This document shows positions 50,434 through 61,428 of a stretch of 64,000 nucleotides of DNA, piece after piece. Source of the DNA: Syntrophorhabdaceae bacterium (lineage in GTDB: Bacteria > Desulfobacterota > Syntrophorhabdia > Syntrophorhabdales > Syntrophorhabdaceae). Position numbers and translations under genes: made by a program. The notes under the pieces were generated by a model, which made no database searches, was not told the DNA's origin, and was given only the letters and a program-made list of their open reading frames with translations. Numbering within the stretch: the first letter of the stretch is position 1; each line of letters starts with the position of its first letter. The stretch spans positions 1,248,001 through 1,312,000 of the forward strand of contig CAXXUO010000001.1 in the NCBI GenBank assembly GCA_963666485.2. Direction: 5' to 3'.

Positions 50434-51398
50434 GATCTCCCCCCGAAGTGATCGAAACCTGTCCTGCCCGGCATATCGATTTCTTTCCCTTTGCTAAAGA
50501 TCCGGACCCCTTTGCCGTTTGCGACCCGGCCAATGACCGTTATACCCTCGTTCTTCCCCGACAACGCGGAAACCACGGGCAGTTTTTCCTCCGGGAACGT
50601 AAAAAGAAGCTGGTAATCCTCGCCGCCCGTGAGGGCGAGATGTTCGAGGTTGTTCCGGAGCAGATAACGGGGCATCGGGACCCTGTCGAGGTCTATCCGC
50701 GCCTGCTTTTTACTTTCAGCCATCATCCTTGCGAGGTCCATGAGAAGTCCGTCGCTTATATCCATCATCGCATCAGTTATATCATTTTTGACAAGGTCCT
50801 TCCACACGGGGTACGGAGGCCTCGGGCTCAAGAAACGGTCGACACACGCCTTATTGCCTTTCCCGCCGGCCTTGCCCTGCAGTATGGCAAGGCCCATCGC
50901 GGACTGCCCGAGACTGCCGGTCACGGCGATGAGATCGCCCGGGCGGGATTTGTCCCTGCCAAAATATTTCCCGCCGGCAAGCCTTCCCACGACCGATATA
51001 TCGATAAAAAGATCCGACCGCGTGGCCACTGTGTCGCCGCCGAGAAGCGTCATGCCGAACTCGCCCGCCGCCCGCGCCATTCCCCGGTAAAGACGGGACA
51101 TGTCTTTTGACGATACTCCCGGGGAAATGCCCGTTGTCACAAGATAAAACTCCGGCCGGGCGCCCATGGCGAGAACGTCCGATATGTTCGAATACAGCGC
51201 CTTCTTGCCGACAAAGTAGGGGTCCATGAACGAAAATTCAAAATGGATATGTTCAACCATCGCATCCTGTACAAAGACATATTGACCCTTATCGAAGTCG
51301 ACAACAGCCCCGTCGTCGCCAATCCCCCTCACAACCCTATTACTTTTCCGCCCGAATTTCCGGACCACCGACAAAAATTTATTTTCCGATATCTCCAT
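50430..51398 (-). CDS. thiL: thiamine-monophosphate kinase
   Basis: GIGDDGA, NISDVLAMG, GGDT, DISDGL, GGEDY. Confidence 0.95.
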   Translation of the reverse strand: MEISENKFLSVVRKFGRKSNRVVRGIGDDGAVVDFDKGQYVFVQDAMVEHIHFEFSFMDPYFVGKKALYSNISDVLAMGARPEFYLVTTGISPGVSSKDMSRLYRGMARAAGEFGMTLLGGDTVATRSDLFIDISVVGRLAGGKYFGRDKSRPGDLIAVTGSLGQSAMGLAILQGKAGGKGNKACVDRFLSPRPPYPVWKDLVKNDITDAMMDISDGLLMDLARMMAESKKQARIDLDRVPMPRYLLRNNLEHLALTGGEDYQLLFTFPEEKLPVVSALSGKNEGITVIGRVANGKGVRIFSKGKEIDMPGRTGFDHFGGRS

Positions 51399-51441
51399 AG
51401 TTAGGACAGAAATATTAACTTATGGGAACAAACAAGGCAAT

Positions 51442-51554
51442 AGTTCGGGTTCAAGGTTCAAAGTTCAAGGTTATGCAGGCTAAGAATTTTTCATATTCTC
51501 CGGATGAGTTTGTCGTGTTTGTAACCTTGAACCTTGAACCTTGAACCTTGAACT
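51442..51554. repeat. inverted heptamer-array element (GGTTCAA)
   Basis: Left ggttcaa-ggttcaa-agttcaa-ggtta; right taacc-(ttgaacc)x3-ttgaact ending 1 nt from the rarA stop. Confidence 0.85.
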
Positions 51555-51555
51555 A

Positions 51556-52860
51556 TTATTTATGGTACGGCCGTACCTTTTCCATGAACGCCTTGAGCTT
51601 GCGCTCGATGCCCCTGTCCGTGGGATGGTAGTACTGTTTGCCCCGGAGTTCTTCAGGAAGGTACGCCTGCTTCACGATGGCGTCGGGATAATCGTGGGGG
51701 TAGAGGTAGCCTTCGCCGTAGCCGAGTTCGTCCATGAGCTTTGTCGGTGCGTTGCGGATGTGCATCGGGACGGGATATTCGGGCAGGTCCCTTACGTCGC
51801 GGGCGGCGGCGCCGTATGCCGTGTACACGGCGTTGCTTTTCTCGCATAACGCGAGATAAACGGCCGCCTGGGCAAGGGCGAGGTAACCTTCGGGGGGACC
51901 GATGAATTTGAACGCCTCCGTGGCACTGATCGTCAGCGTGAGCGCCTGGGGGTCGGCATTGCCCACATCCTCCGAGGCGAAGCGGACAAGGCGCCGCATG
52001 ATGTAAAGGGGGTCCTCGCCGCCTTCTATCATGCGGGCGAGCCAGTAGAGCGACGCGTCGGGGTCCGAGCCGCGGATGCTCTTATGCAGGGCGCTTATAA
52101 GGTCGTAATGCATCTCGCCGGTCTTGTCATACCGGGCGGTCTTTCTCTGGTATGCCTCCTGGACCGTTTCGTGGTTGATGGCCCGCCCACCCGCCGGGGC
52201 ATCTTTGGCCATTTTCAAGCAGACTTCGAGCAGGTTCAGGGCGCGCCGCGCATCGCCGTCGGCAAGGTACGCGATCTCCTCGATCGTGTCCCGGTCAATG
52301 GATATTTTCGCGGCCTTAAGTTCTTCATCCTCACTGAGGGCCCGATCGAGTATCCGGGCAATATCCGGCGCTTCGAGGGGCTTCAGCGTCAGTACCCGCA
52401 TGCGGGACAAAAGGGGTGAGATGATCTCAAAAGAGGGGTTTTCGGTCGTCGCACCGATCAGGATTATCGTGCCGTCCTCGACGTGTGGCAGGAACGTGTC
52501 CTGCTGGAGCTTGTTGAAGCGGTGGAATTCGTCCACGAAAAGTATGATCCGCTGATTGCGCGCCTTCTGAACGACCTCCTTGACCTCTTTCACGCCGATC
52601 GATACCGCGGAAAGCGACACGTAGGGAAGTTTCATGATGCGCCCGATGAGCCAGCCGATCGTTGTCTTTCCTACCCCGCTCGGCCCCCAGAAAATGAGCG
52701 ACGGTATGTCGCCCCGCTCTATCAGGGTGCGCAGCATCTTGCCTTTTCCCAGGAGGTGTTCCTGGCCTACGACATCGTCGAGCGATCGCGGCCGTACCCT
52801 GTCAGCGAGCGGTTTTTCTTTCTTTCCCTTCAGTATCGTGTCGTCTGAAAATAACTCCAT
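51556..52860 (-). CDS. rarA: replication-associated recombination protein A
   Basis: PLADRVRP, GPSGVGKT, GATTENPSF, HKSIRGSD, SEDVGNADP. Confidence 0.96.
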   Translation of the reverse strand: MELFSDDTILKGKKEKPLADRVRPRSLDDVVGQEHLLGKGKMLRTLIERGDIPSLIFWGPSGVGKTTIGWLIGRIMKLPYVSLSAVSIGVKEVKEVVQKARNQRIILFVDEFHRFNKLQQDTFLPHVEDGTIILIGATTENPSFEIISPLLSRMRVLTLKPLEAPDIARILDRALSEDEELKAAKISIDRDTIEEIAYLADGDARRALNLLEVCLKMAKDAPAGGRAINHETVQEAYQRKTARYDKTGEMHYDLISALHKSIRGSDPDASLYWLARMIEGGEDPLYIMRRLVRFASEDVGNADPQALTLTISATEAFKFIGPPEGYLALAQAAVYLALCEKSNAVYTAYGAAARDVRDLPEYPVPMHIRNAPTKLMDELGYGEGYLYPHDYPDAIVKQAYLPEELRGKQYYHPTDRGIERKLKAFMEKVRPYHK

Positions 52861-52930
52861 GCCGATCTCTCGATGGTGACTTTAAACACGGGCAAATATC
52901 TGGCAAGGCATAAAATAACGAGGTGTTTTA

Positions 52931-53143
52931 TTAACCGGGAATCTTTGCTTTCGCCTCCGTTAAAAGGCGTATCAGTTCGTCGAGATTCTCCGGGGTAAGG
53001 GAAACACCTTTCTTTGTCGGGACCATTTCCCCTTCATCATTCTCAAAAAAATTCCGTACGTCTATGTATGTCTTTCCCTTGAATTCTTTGACGGTAACAA
53101 TGATCTTGTCCGTTCCTGTTTTTTGTATTTCTCCAATTATCAT
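52931..53143 (-). CDS. PC4/YdbC-family ssDNA-binding protein
   Basis: EFKGKTYIDVR...PTKKGVSL. Confidence 0.88.
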   Translation of the reverse strand: MIIGEIQKTGTDKIIVTVKEFKGKTYIDVRNFFENDEGEMVPTKKGVSLTPENLDELIRLLTEAKAKIPG

Positions 53144-53347
53144 TATGGCCCCCTCGGATGAGAACTTTTAGGTAAATATAGCATGATAAACAGGAAAAGT
53201 GTAAAGGCATCCTCCGCCGGATACACATAAGGACCGCCTTCAGCTTGCAATTTGGCGCACGTGTATCCTAGAATTATTCAAGGGGTTGTTTTTCATATCC
53301 TTAAGCGGTATTGAAAAACTTGTGAGGGGGCTAAAACATGTCAGGCA

Positions 53348-54595
53348 ATGCGGTCGGAAGCAAGGGTTCTTTCCATTGGGCATTGGGTCATTCTTGCCGT
53401 ATGTTTCGTTAACCTTTTCATAAATTATGCAATACGCCTGGGGTATGGCACCATCCTGCCCGAGATGATACGCACGATGGGTATTACCCGCAAGGATGGC
53501 GGGCAGATCTTCAAACGCCTATTTTTATGCGTACATCGTATTCTCGCCCTTTGTCGGGTACCTCACGGACCGGCTCGGCGCACGGGTGGTGATACCCGCT
53601 TTCGGTCTTGTCCTCGGCGTTGGCACTATCTTCATGGGAAGCGCTGAGTCGTTCTGGGGGGCCGCCATCCCGTTCCTTTTCGTGGGGATCGGTGCGGCGG
53701 CAATGTGGACACCCATCATTACGCTCGTCCAGCGCTGGTTTGACCTGCACAGGCGGGGGATGGCACTCGGCATCCTCTCGGCAGGGTTCGGCCTCGGTTT
53801 TGCCGCGACGGGCAAGCTCTACCCCCGTCATCGTCTCCCACTGGAGCTGGCGCTATACCTGGTATATCTTCGGCGCAGCCGCACTGTGCATGAATCCTGA
53901 TCAACATTATTCTTCTGCGGTCGAGGCCCGAGGATACGGGACGCCAACCCTGGGGCACAAAGGCGGATGAACCGGTTGCGGCAGCAGCTCCGGCGAAACA
54001 GCAGTCATGTTACGGCGAGATCCTGTCGGCAAGAAGGTTCTGGATGATCGCTGCCTCGTATTTTTGCATCGGCGCCACCCTGTATATGGTCACGACCTTC
54101 ATGGTCGACTATGCACGGTATGAGCTGGGCTTTCCTTACGACCGGGCGTCTTTCCTCGCCACGATGCACGGGATAGGGCAGGTCATAGGCGTATTAACCC
54201 TGCCCCTTCTCTCCGATTATCTCGGCCGGAAAAAGACGATATCCATTTCGAACCTCTGTATAGCCGCAATGATCGTCTGGATAATTCTCGCGAAGGGCAA
54301 CGTGGGCCTTCTCTACACGGGCATCCTGCTCTTCGGGATATTTTACGGGTCGACATTCCCCTTATACGGCGCCTGCGGCGGTGATTATTTCAGGAAGGAG
54401 ATAATCGGGACCGTCATCGGTGCGTTCACCCCGTTCTATGCCTTCGGAGCCATCACCGCCCACTGGTTCGGCGGATACGTCCGCGACGTGACCGGCTCAT
54501 TCCTGGTCCCCTTCATGGTAGCCGTCGTCCTTGGCGTCATCGCCTCGGGACTCATGATGATGGTGAAGAAGGAGCCGGATGCGGAGATAGCGTAA
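53348..54595 (+). pseudogene. MFS transporter with three +1 frameshifts (pseudogene or assembly errors)
   Basis: MFS motif GYLTDRLGAR; extra bases near 53513 (AAA), 53823 (CCCCC) and 53893 (AA); removing them gives a continuous ~414-aa frame. Confidence 0.8.
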
Positions 54596-54599
54596 ATAA

Positions 54600-54739
54600 C
54601 GTTCTACGTTCCGCGTTCTACGTTCCGCGTTAGAGACGCATATGTGCTATCAGCGACATCATTCCGGCAGCAATTTCAGAGATTCTGAGCCTGTGTGTTT
54701 TGTTTTTAACGTAGAACGTAGAATGCGGAACGTAGAACG
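54600..54739. repeat. inverted heptamer-array element (CGTTCTA/CGTTCCG)
   Basis: Left cgttcta-cgttccg-cgttcta-cgttccg-cgtta; right taacg-tagaacg-tagaatg-cggaacg-tagaacg. Confidence 0.88.
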
Positions 54740-54741
54740 AA

Positions 54742-56040
54742 TCACCGTCCTATCAGTATCCCCCCCTGTCCCGTATAAAAGATCCCCGCCAGTGCGCCGG
54801 TCATGAAGCAGGCGATGTTGGCGGCGAAGAGTGCCCAGAGGCCGATGACGGCGATGTCCTTCGTCCGCTCGGGTACGAGGGTCGATGTCCCGCCGACGAA
54901 TATCGCAAGGGACGGTATGTGCGCGAATCCGCACAGGGCATATGTGGCAATGAAGACGCTTCGCGGATCGGCTATTTTTCCCGCCTTAACGAGAAGGCTT
55001 AAGTCCTGATAGGACTTGACCTCGGTCATGATGATGCGCTCGCCCAGTATCCTTGCGATCTGGGGGGCATCCTCGAGCGGGACACCCATCGCGACCGTGA
55101 AGGGATAGAAGACATAGCCGAGGACAGTGTTGAGGGTAATGTCGACCGGCCTTCCGAAAGCGGACCCCATTATTTTCCCGAGATACGCGAGACCGTTGTC
55201 GAACAGGGCCACGAGGCCGATAAATGCGATGAGAAGCGCAGCGATACCGACGACCATCTTTACCCCGGTCATCGATCCGTTTATGATCGCCTCGATCGGG
55301 TTGCCGGCCTTTTCGTATTCAACCTTCACTATCTTCCCCCGGGTAAGGGGTGTGCCCGTCTCCGGGAAGATCATCTTTGACGCTATGATCGCGGCGGGCG
55401 CAAGAAGGATGGATGCGGAGATGAGATGGCCGGCTGCCGTGGGGAAGATCCCGGAAAGGATGATGACGTAGAAACCGAGGACGCTCGAAGCGATCGTCGC
55501 CATTCCGGTTGTCAGTACGACCATGAGCTCCGACCGCGTCATCTCTTTCAAATAAGGGCGGATCGTGAGGTTCGATTCGATGCCGAGGAATATCTGGGCG
55601 GACGCGCACAGCGACTCGGCCCCGCTTATCCCCATGACCTTGACGAATACCCGGGCAAACAGGGCGATAAGCCGCTCCATGATCCCGACATAGTACAAAA
55701 GCTCCATAAGCGCCGCAAAGAATATGATCGACGGCAGCGCCTGAAACGCGAGGATGAAACCGATAGAGCCGGGCTGTCCGGGAGAGAGTGCAAGCGGGCC
55801 GAAAAGAAAGCGGATACCTTCGAAAGCCCCTTCGATGATCTGCATCGTGACATCGTTGAGGACAAGGAAAAACTTCGACCCGAAGGGAACGAGAAAAACA
55901 AAGAGCGCGAACAGGACCTGCAGCGCGATCCCCCATATGATGACGCGAAGACTGATACCGCGTTTTGAATGGGAGAAGAGGATCAAAAATCCGATAAAAG
56001 CCAGTAATCCAACCGCAGAGATCCCGTTGTAAATTGTCAT
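54742..56040 (-). CDS. CNT-family nucleoside transporter (NupC-like)
   Basis: FQALPSIIFF, SGAES, GMATIA, TYALCGFAH; start taken at ATG 56040. Confidence 0.92.
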   Translation of the reverse strand: MTIYNGISAVGLLAFIGFLILFSHSKRGISLRVIIWGIALQVLFALFVFLVPFGSKFFLVLNDVTMQIIEGAFEGIRFLFGPLALSPGQPGSIGFILAFQALPSIIFFAALMELLYYVGIMERLIALFARVFVKVMGISGAESLCASAQIFLGIESNLTIRPYLKEMTRSELMVVLTTGMATIASSVLGFYVIILSGIFPTAAGHLISASILLAPAAIIASKMIFPETGTPLTRGKIVKVEYEKAGNPIEAIINGSMTGVKMVVGIAALLIAFIGLVALFDNGLAYLGKIMGSAFGRPVDITLNTVLGYVFYPFTVAMGVPLEDAPQIARILGERIIMTEVKSYQDLSLLVKAGKIADPRSVFIATYALCGFAHIPSLAIFVGGTSTLVPERTKDIAVIGLWALFAANIACFMTGALAGIFYTGQGGILIGR

Positions 56041-56058
56041 GCCATCAATCCCCAACTA

Positions 56059-56159
56059 AAGGTTCAAAGTTCAAGGTTCAAAGTTAAAAAACAAAAGCTT
56101 AAATTTTGCCCAACCCGGAATGAATACCCTATAGTTTCTAACCTTGAACTTTGAACCTT
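56059..56159. repeat. inverted heptamer-array element (AAGGTTC)
   Basis: Left aaggttc-aaagttc-aaggttc-aaagtta; right taacctt-gaacttt-gaacctt; between divergent genes. Confidence 0.82.
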
Positions 56160-56281
56160 GCTTTACAATACCAATTCCCGTTCCCGTTGACAAGAACGAA
56201 CGCCTGCTTGCACTTTACTTGGCGCGGCCACCTGTGATAAAAAATTGCCTGTATCATATTAATCTTTTTCTCGAGGAGACG

Positions 56282-57265
56282 ATGATAACGGGCATAGGGA
56301 GTTTCCCCTTCACAGGCATCGACGAAACGATCGACCTTATTTTTTCAACATGCAAGGAGATACCCTTCTGGCCGCAGTTGCCGAAGCGGTCCCAGCTCGA
56401 GAACATGTATGCGACATTTCTCGAAGGCGTGCCGTGCATTGTCAGCGACGAAGAAAAGAACACCATATATATGGACACGACGCGGACGGAGGGCATCGAG
56501 GAGTTTTACGAGAATGTGGCCGCGGAGAATGTAAAGGCGTTCGCCATATCCGAAAAATATGCACCGGGCTTTTACAGGTTCCTCGACAGGCTCAAAGAAG
56601 TGGAAGACGATGTCCGGTTCATCAAATGCCAGATAACCGGGCCTTTCAGCATGGGGCTCGGCCTCAAAGACGAGAACGACAAACCGGTCATTTATAACTT
56701 CGCCTTTTACGACATCATAAAGAAGGCGCTCAATATGAAGGCGAAATGGATGACCGGGGCGATACAGGAACGGTATCCCGGTACCGATATCATCATGTTC
56801 TGTGATGAACCGTACATGGTTTCGTTCGGTTCGGCATATATATCCATCCCGCGCGAGGATGTCATCGCGTCGCTCAACGAGGTCATCGACGGGGTCCCGG
56901 CGCGCTGCGGCATACATATCTGCGGGAATACGGACTGGTCCGTCCCTTTTCAGTCTGACATAGAAATCGTCAATTACGACGCCTTCTCGTACCTCGACAC
57001 CATTTTCTATTTCACCGAGGACCTGAAGGAATTCCTTGAGCGCGGCGGCTGGATCGCCCCCGGCGTCGTCCCCTCATCCCCCGACGTCATGAACGAGACA
57101 CCCGACTCCGTCCGGGACCGCGCCGCACTTTTCATCGAGAAGATCGCGGGCGTGACCGTCCCCGACACGGACAGCATCCTCTTCACAACAAGCTGCGGCC
57201 TCGGAAGCCTCAGCGAAGAAGAGGCAAGAAGGGCGATGGAGCTGCTCAAGCAGTTATCGTACTAA
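56282..57265 (+). CDS. single-domain (core) MetE-like methionine synthase, MesB-like
   Basis: GAGGAG RBS then MITGIGSFP; WPQLP, KCQITGPFS, DEP, HICG, YDA, SCGLG. Confidence 0.8.
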   Translation: MITGIGSFPFTGIDETIDLIFSTCKEIPFWPQLPKRSQLENMYATFLEGVPCIVSDEEKNTIYMDTTRTEGIEEFYENVAAENVKAFAISEKYAPGFYRFLDRLKEVEDDVRFIKCQITGPFSMGLGLKDENDKPVIYNFAFYDIIKKALNMKAKWMTGAIQERYPGTDIIMFCDEPYMVSFGSAYISIPREDVIASLNEVIDGVPARCGIHICGNTDWSVPFQSDIEIVNYDAFSYLDTIFYFTEDLKEFLERGGWIAPGVVPSSPDVMNETPDSVRDRAALFIEKIAGVTVPDTDSILFTTSCGLGSLSEEEARRAMELLKQLSY

Positions 57266-57269
57266 GAAT

Positions 57270-57478
57270 CGTTCTACGTTCCGCGTTCTACGTTCTACGT
57301 TAAAAAGCAGGCGATACCCCCGCCGTCATTCCGCCGGCTTTTGCGGCGGAATGACAGCGTCTTTAGGTTTTTTCAACAAATGAAAAACAAAGACACTGGA
57401 CCCCGGCAAGCCGGGGTGACGGTATGAATACAATGTACTTTTTTCTAACGTAGAACGTAGAACGTGGAACGTGGAACG
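57270..57478. repeat. inverted heptamer-array element (CGTTCTA) enclosing REP hairpins
   Basis: Arms 57270-57306 and 57446-57478; inside CGTCATTCCGCC..GGCGGAATGAC (57324) and AAAGACACTGGACCCCGGCAAGCCGGGGTGACG. Confidence 0.85.
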
Positions 57479-57482
57479 TCTT

Positions 57483-58271
57483 TTACTTCCCTTTAAACAC
57501 CGGTTTTCTTTTCTCCAGGAACGCCTTTGCCGCCTCGACATGGTCCTCCGTCTCGGAAAGCAGGGACAACTGGGACGATATATAATCGAGATGCGCGCGT
57601 AATGTACTTGTTGTTCCCTGGTACACCGCCCGTTTCATCATGCGTACGGCGAGAGGGGGCATGCCGGCTATGCGTGAGGCGAGCTTCATTGCCTCATCCA
57701 TCAATTTGTCGTGAGGGACGACACGGTTGACGATGCCGAGCGACAGGGCCTGACCGGCGTCGAGGACATCGGCGGTGAGGAAAAGCTCAAGGGCCTTTGC
57801 TATACCGACGAGCCGGGGCAGGAACCACGCACCGCCGTCACCCGGGCACAGGCCCATGAGGATGTATGATTCGCCGAGCTTTGCCCTGTCCGAGCATACG
57901 CGCATATCGCACATGATCGCCATGTCCATTCCCGCTCCCATGGCCGCGCCGTTTATTGCCGCAATGACGGGCTTGTCGAGGTCCTCGAGGGTGAGTATTA
58001 TGCGATGGACCCCTTCCCACAGGAAGCGCTTCATGTCCCAGGACCGCAGCTTGCCTTCCGCCATGTCCCGGATATCGCCCCCGGAACAGAACGTGTCCCC
58101 TGCCCCGGTCACCACGACGACGGTAACCCCGTCATCCTTCTTCGCCTCTTCGAGGTATTCGCGCCAGAGCCTGATCATGTCGGGACTGAACGCGTTGCGT
58201 GCATCGGGCCTGTTGATGGTGAGCCGGGCAATGTTCCCTTCCTTCGCATAGAGCATGTGGGGGGTCGTCAT
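57483..58271 (-). CDS. enoyl-CoA hydratase/isomerase (crotonase) family
   Basis: INRPDARNA, FCSGGD, KPVIAAING.AMGAG, EKRKPVFKG. Confidence 0.92.
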   Translation of the reverse strand: MTTPHMLYAKEGNIARLTINRPDARNAFSPDMIRLWREYLEEAKKDDGVTVVVVTGAGDTFCSGGDIRDMAEGKLRSWDMKRFLWEGVHRIILTLEDLDKPVIAAINGAAMGAGMDMAIMCDMRVCSDRAKLGESYILMGLCPGDGGAWFLPRLVGIAKALELFLTADVLDAGQALSLGIVNRVVPHDKLMDEAMKLASRIAGMPPLAVRMMKRAVYQGTTSTLRAHLDYISSQLSLLSETEDHVEAAKAFLEKRKPVFKGK

Positions 58272-58427
58272 GTTCGTAGGTCTCCTTCGTTGTGATGTGC
58301 CGTGAACCGCGTGTGCCTTCAACAGTAAATCATTTCCCTCACGTCAGGTCAAGCCGCCAAAAACCCTTTGCTTTCCGCGTTCTTCGTTGACTTTTGAGGC
58401 ATCTTAGGTCTATATATTAGGTCGAAA

Positions 58428-60470
58428 ATGAAGAAGCATCACACACGCCTTCCGAAGATTCGGAACATTGGTATCGCAGCCCATATCGATGCCGGCAAGA
58501 CGACGGTAACGGAACGGGTCCTGTATTATACGGGCCGGACCCACAAGATAGGCGAGGTGCATGAAGGCACGGCCGTGATGGACTACCTGCCGCAGGAGCA
58601 GGAGCGGGGCATCACGATCACCTCCGCCGTCACGACCCTTTACTGGGATGACCACGAGGTCCAGCTCATCGACACGCCGGGGCATGTCGACTTCACGATC
58701 GAGGTCGAAAGGTCCCTGAGGGTCCTCGACGGGATGGTCGCGATATTCTGCGGCGTCGGCGGCGTCGAGCCCCAGACGGAGACCGTGTGGCACCAGGCGG
58801 ACAAATACCACGTCCCCCGCATCGCCTTTATAAACAAGCTCGACCGTATCGGGTCCGATTTTTTCCGCGTCATCGACATGATCGTAGAGAAGTTCGGTGC
58901 TGACCCGATACCCCTGCAGATACCCCTCGGACGCGAAGACGGTTTTTATGGCGTCGTCGACCTTATCACGATGCAGGCCATTGCCTGGGAAGACGAGGAC
59001 CTCGGCGCGACGTACCGGACGATATCCATACCCGCCGAGTACAGGGAACAGGCATCCCTGTACAGGGAAAGGCTTTTTGACAAGCTGTCCCTCTTCGATG
59101 ACGAACTGATGGAACTCTATCTTGAAGGCCTGGAGATCGAGCCGTCGAGAATATACAGCGCTTTGCGGAAGGGCACGATCGCCCTCAAGTGCGTCCCCGT
59201 CCTGTGCGGTGCCGCATTGAGGAACAAAGGGATCCAGCCGCTCCTCGACGCCGTTGTGCGCTACCTGCCTTCCCCGCTCGATGTACCGGCGGTCACCGGC
59301 GAAAACCCTGTCACGCATGAACTGGAAGAACGCAAGGCGAGTGATGACGAAGATCTTGCCGCGCTTGCCTTCAAGATAGTGATGGAAGAGGGCAGGAAGC
59401 TTACATATATCAGGATATATTCCGGTTCGCTCAAAGTGGGCGGTGATGTCTATAACGTCAACCTCGGAAAGAAAGAGAAGATATCACGCATATATAAGAT
59501 GCATGCCAATCACAAGGACAGGATCGAAGAGGCGCGGGCAGGTGCCATCGTCGGCATCGTCGGCCTCAAGGAGACCTCGACCGGCCAGACGCTGACCGGG
59601 TCGAAACCGATACTGCTCGAGCCCATCGAGATCTACCAGCCGGTCATCTCCGTCGCCGTGGAGGCGGCCCGTAACGTAGACCAGGACAAACTGATCCTCG
59701 CCCTGCAAAGGATAACACAGGAAGACCCGACGTTCGTTATGAAGACGGACGAGGATGCTTACCAGACGATCGTTTCCGGCATGGGAGAGTTGCACCTCGA
59801 CGTGATCATGCACCGCATCAGGGAAGAATTCGGCGTAGAGGTCCATGTCGGGAAGCCGCAGGTCGTCTACAAGGAAAGCATCGAAAACGAAATATCCTGC
59901 GAGCATTCCTTCGAGAAGATGATCAACAATGTCTCCTGCAAGGGCTGGGTGTCCTTAAAGATCTCGCCCAACAAACGGGGCGAAGGCACTATGATCATCT
60001 CCCGGATAACGGAAGAGAACCCGGTTTTCCCCTTTGTGAACGCGGTGGAGGAAGGCGTCACGGAGGCATCAAGCATTGGCGTCCTCAAAGGGTACCCCTT
60101 AACGGACGTCCGCGTCGAAATTATCAACGCGACGTTCAACAACCCGGACTTTGCCCGTCTTACCCTCAAGATGGCGGCATACGACGCCTTTCGCGACGCA
60201 TGCCTGCAGGCGGGGCCGGTCCTGCTCGTTCCCATCATGTCGCTCACAGTCACGGTACCGAACGAATTCCTCGGGGACATCATAGCAGACCTCAATTCAC
60301 GCAGGTGCCAGATCGCAAATATAGCGACGAAGGACAAGTACACGATAGTCGAGGCACACGCCCCGCTCACGAACATGTTCGGGTATTCCACGGACATCCG
60401 CTCCCTGTCGCAGGGACGGGCATCGTTCACAATGTATTTTTCACACTATGACAGGATAGAAAATGGATAA
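58428..60470 (+). CDS. fusA: elongation factor G paralog (EF-G2-like)
   Basis: [34 protein letters not shown]; not next to rpsL/rpsG/tuf. Confidence 0.9.
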   Translation: MKKHHTRLPKIRNIGIAAHIDAGKTTVTERVLYYTGRTHKIGEVHEGTAVMDYLPQEQERGITITSAVTTLYWDDHEVQLIDTPGHVDFTIEVERSLRVLDGMVAIFCGVGGVEPQTETVWHQADKYHVPRIAFINKLDRIGSDFFRVIDMIVEKFGADPIPLQIPLGREDGFYGVVDLITMQAIAWEDEDLGATYRTISIPAEYREQASLYRERLFDKLSLFDDELMELYLEGLEIEPSRIYSALRKGTIALKCVPVLCGAALRNKGIQPLLDAVVRYLPSPLDVPAVTGENPVTHELEERKASDDEDLAALAFKIVMEEGRKLTYIRIYSGSLKVGGDVYNVNLGKKEKISRIYKMHANHKDRIEEARAGAIVGIVGLKETSTGQTLTGSKPILLEPIEIYQPVISVAVEAARNVDQDKLILALQRITQEDPTFVMKTDEDAYQTIVSGMGELHLDVIMHRIREEFGVEVHVGKPQVVYKESIENEISCEHSFEKMINNVSCKGWVSLKISPNKRGEGTMIISRITEENPVFPFVNAVEEGVTEASSIGVLKGYPLTDVRVEIINATFNNPDFARLTLKMAAYDAFRDACLQAGPVLLVPIMSLTVTVPNEFLGDIIADLNSRRCQIANIATKDKYTIVEAHAPLTNMFGYSTDIRSLSQGRASFTMYFSHYDRIENG

Positions 60471-61428
60471 TCTCGGTGAGGTGCTCAAGGAACTGCGCGG
60501 GGCCGGAGGCTTCATATCCGGCGACCACATCGCCGGGAAACTCAGCGTATCGAGAACGGCCGTCTGGAAATACATGAACCAGCTCGAGCGCTACGGGTAT
60601 GATATCGATAAATCGAAAGGCAAGGGGTACCGGCTCGTCAATACGCCGGACAGGCTGTACGCGTGGGAGATCGACCGGTTCAGGACGTCAGCCGTCATCG
60701 GGTCAAAGATAATCCACAAGGATAATCTCGATTCCACGAACAGTTTCGCGTTCGCGCAGGCCATGGGCGGTGAACCCGAGGGCACCTGCGTGGTCGCGGA
60801 GTCCCAGAATAAAGGAAAAGGAAGGCTTGGCCGCAAATGGTCGTCGCCTGAAGGCAGGAACATCTACCTGTCCGTTATACTGCGGCCGTCCGTTCATCCC
60901 TCGGTCGTCTACCCCATAACGTTCCTGTCCTCCCTTGCGGTGTCGGACACGATAGCGCAACTGACGGGGTTGAAGCCCAGTCTCAAATGGCCGAACGATG
61001 TCCTGGTCGGCCCGAGGAAGATATCGGGAACGCTCATCGAGCTTTCTACAGAAGCCGACATGGTGCGTTTCGTTGTGATCGGGATCGGCCTTAACGTGAA
61101 TATGGAAATGAAAGACATGGACAAGGAGATCAGGGCAAAAGCGACATCTTTTCTCGTCGAAACCAAAAAAACGTTTGAAAGACCGCGTGTGTGTGGTATT
61201 CTTTTGTCCAATCTTGAACAATATTACGGGGTTTTCAAAAATGATGGCCCGCAGGCCATATGTGATATCTGGGAGCAAAAGGCGCAGATCAGGGGCAAAT
61301 ATCTCGAGATCAACCAGATGGGCGAGATGTATGCCGGACTGGCGCAGGGCATTGACCGCGATGGCGCCATTCTCCTCGATATAGACGGCACCACGAAAAA
61401 AATTCTTGCAGGAGATGTGAACTTCTAA
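60463..61428 (+). CDS. birA: bifunctional biotin ligase/repressor
   Basis: N-terminal [27 protein letters not shown]. Confidence 0.96.
   Translation: MDNLGEVLKELRGAGGFISGDHIAGKLSVSRTAVWKYMNQLERYGYDIDKSKGKGYRLVNTPDRLYAWEIDRFRTSAVIGSKIIHKDNLDSTNSFAFAQAMGGEPEGTCVVAESQNKGKGRLGRKWSSPEGRNIYLSVILRPSVHPSVVYPITFLSSLAVSDTIAQLTGLKPSLKWPNDVLVGPRKISGTLIELSTEADMVRFVVIGIGLNVNMEMKDMDKEIRAKATSFLVETKKTFERPRVCGILLSNLEQYYGVFKNDGPQAICDIWEQKAQIRGKYLEINQMGEMYAGLAQGIDRDGAILLDIDGTTKKILAGDVNF

Noticed and set aside
56144..56281. N-terminal extension of the methionine synthase ORF
   Set aside because: Starts at a TTG inside the heptamer arm; the RBS supports ATG 56282
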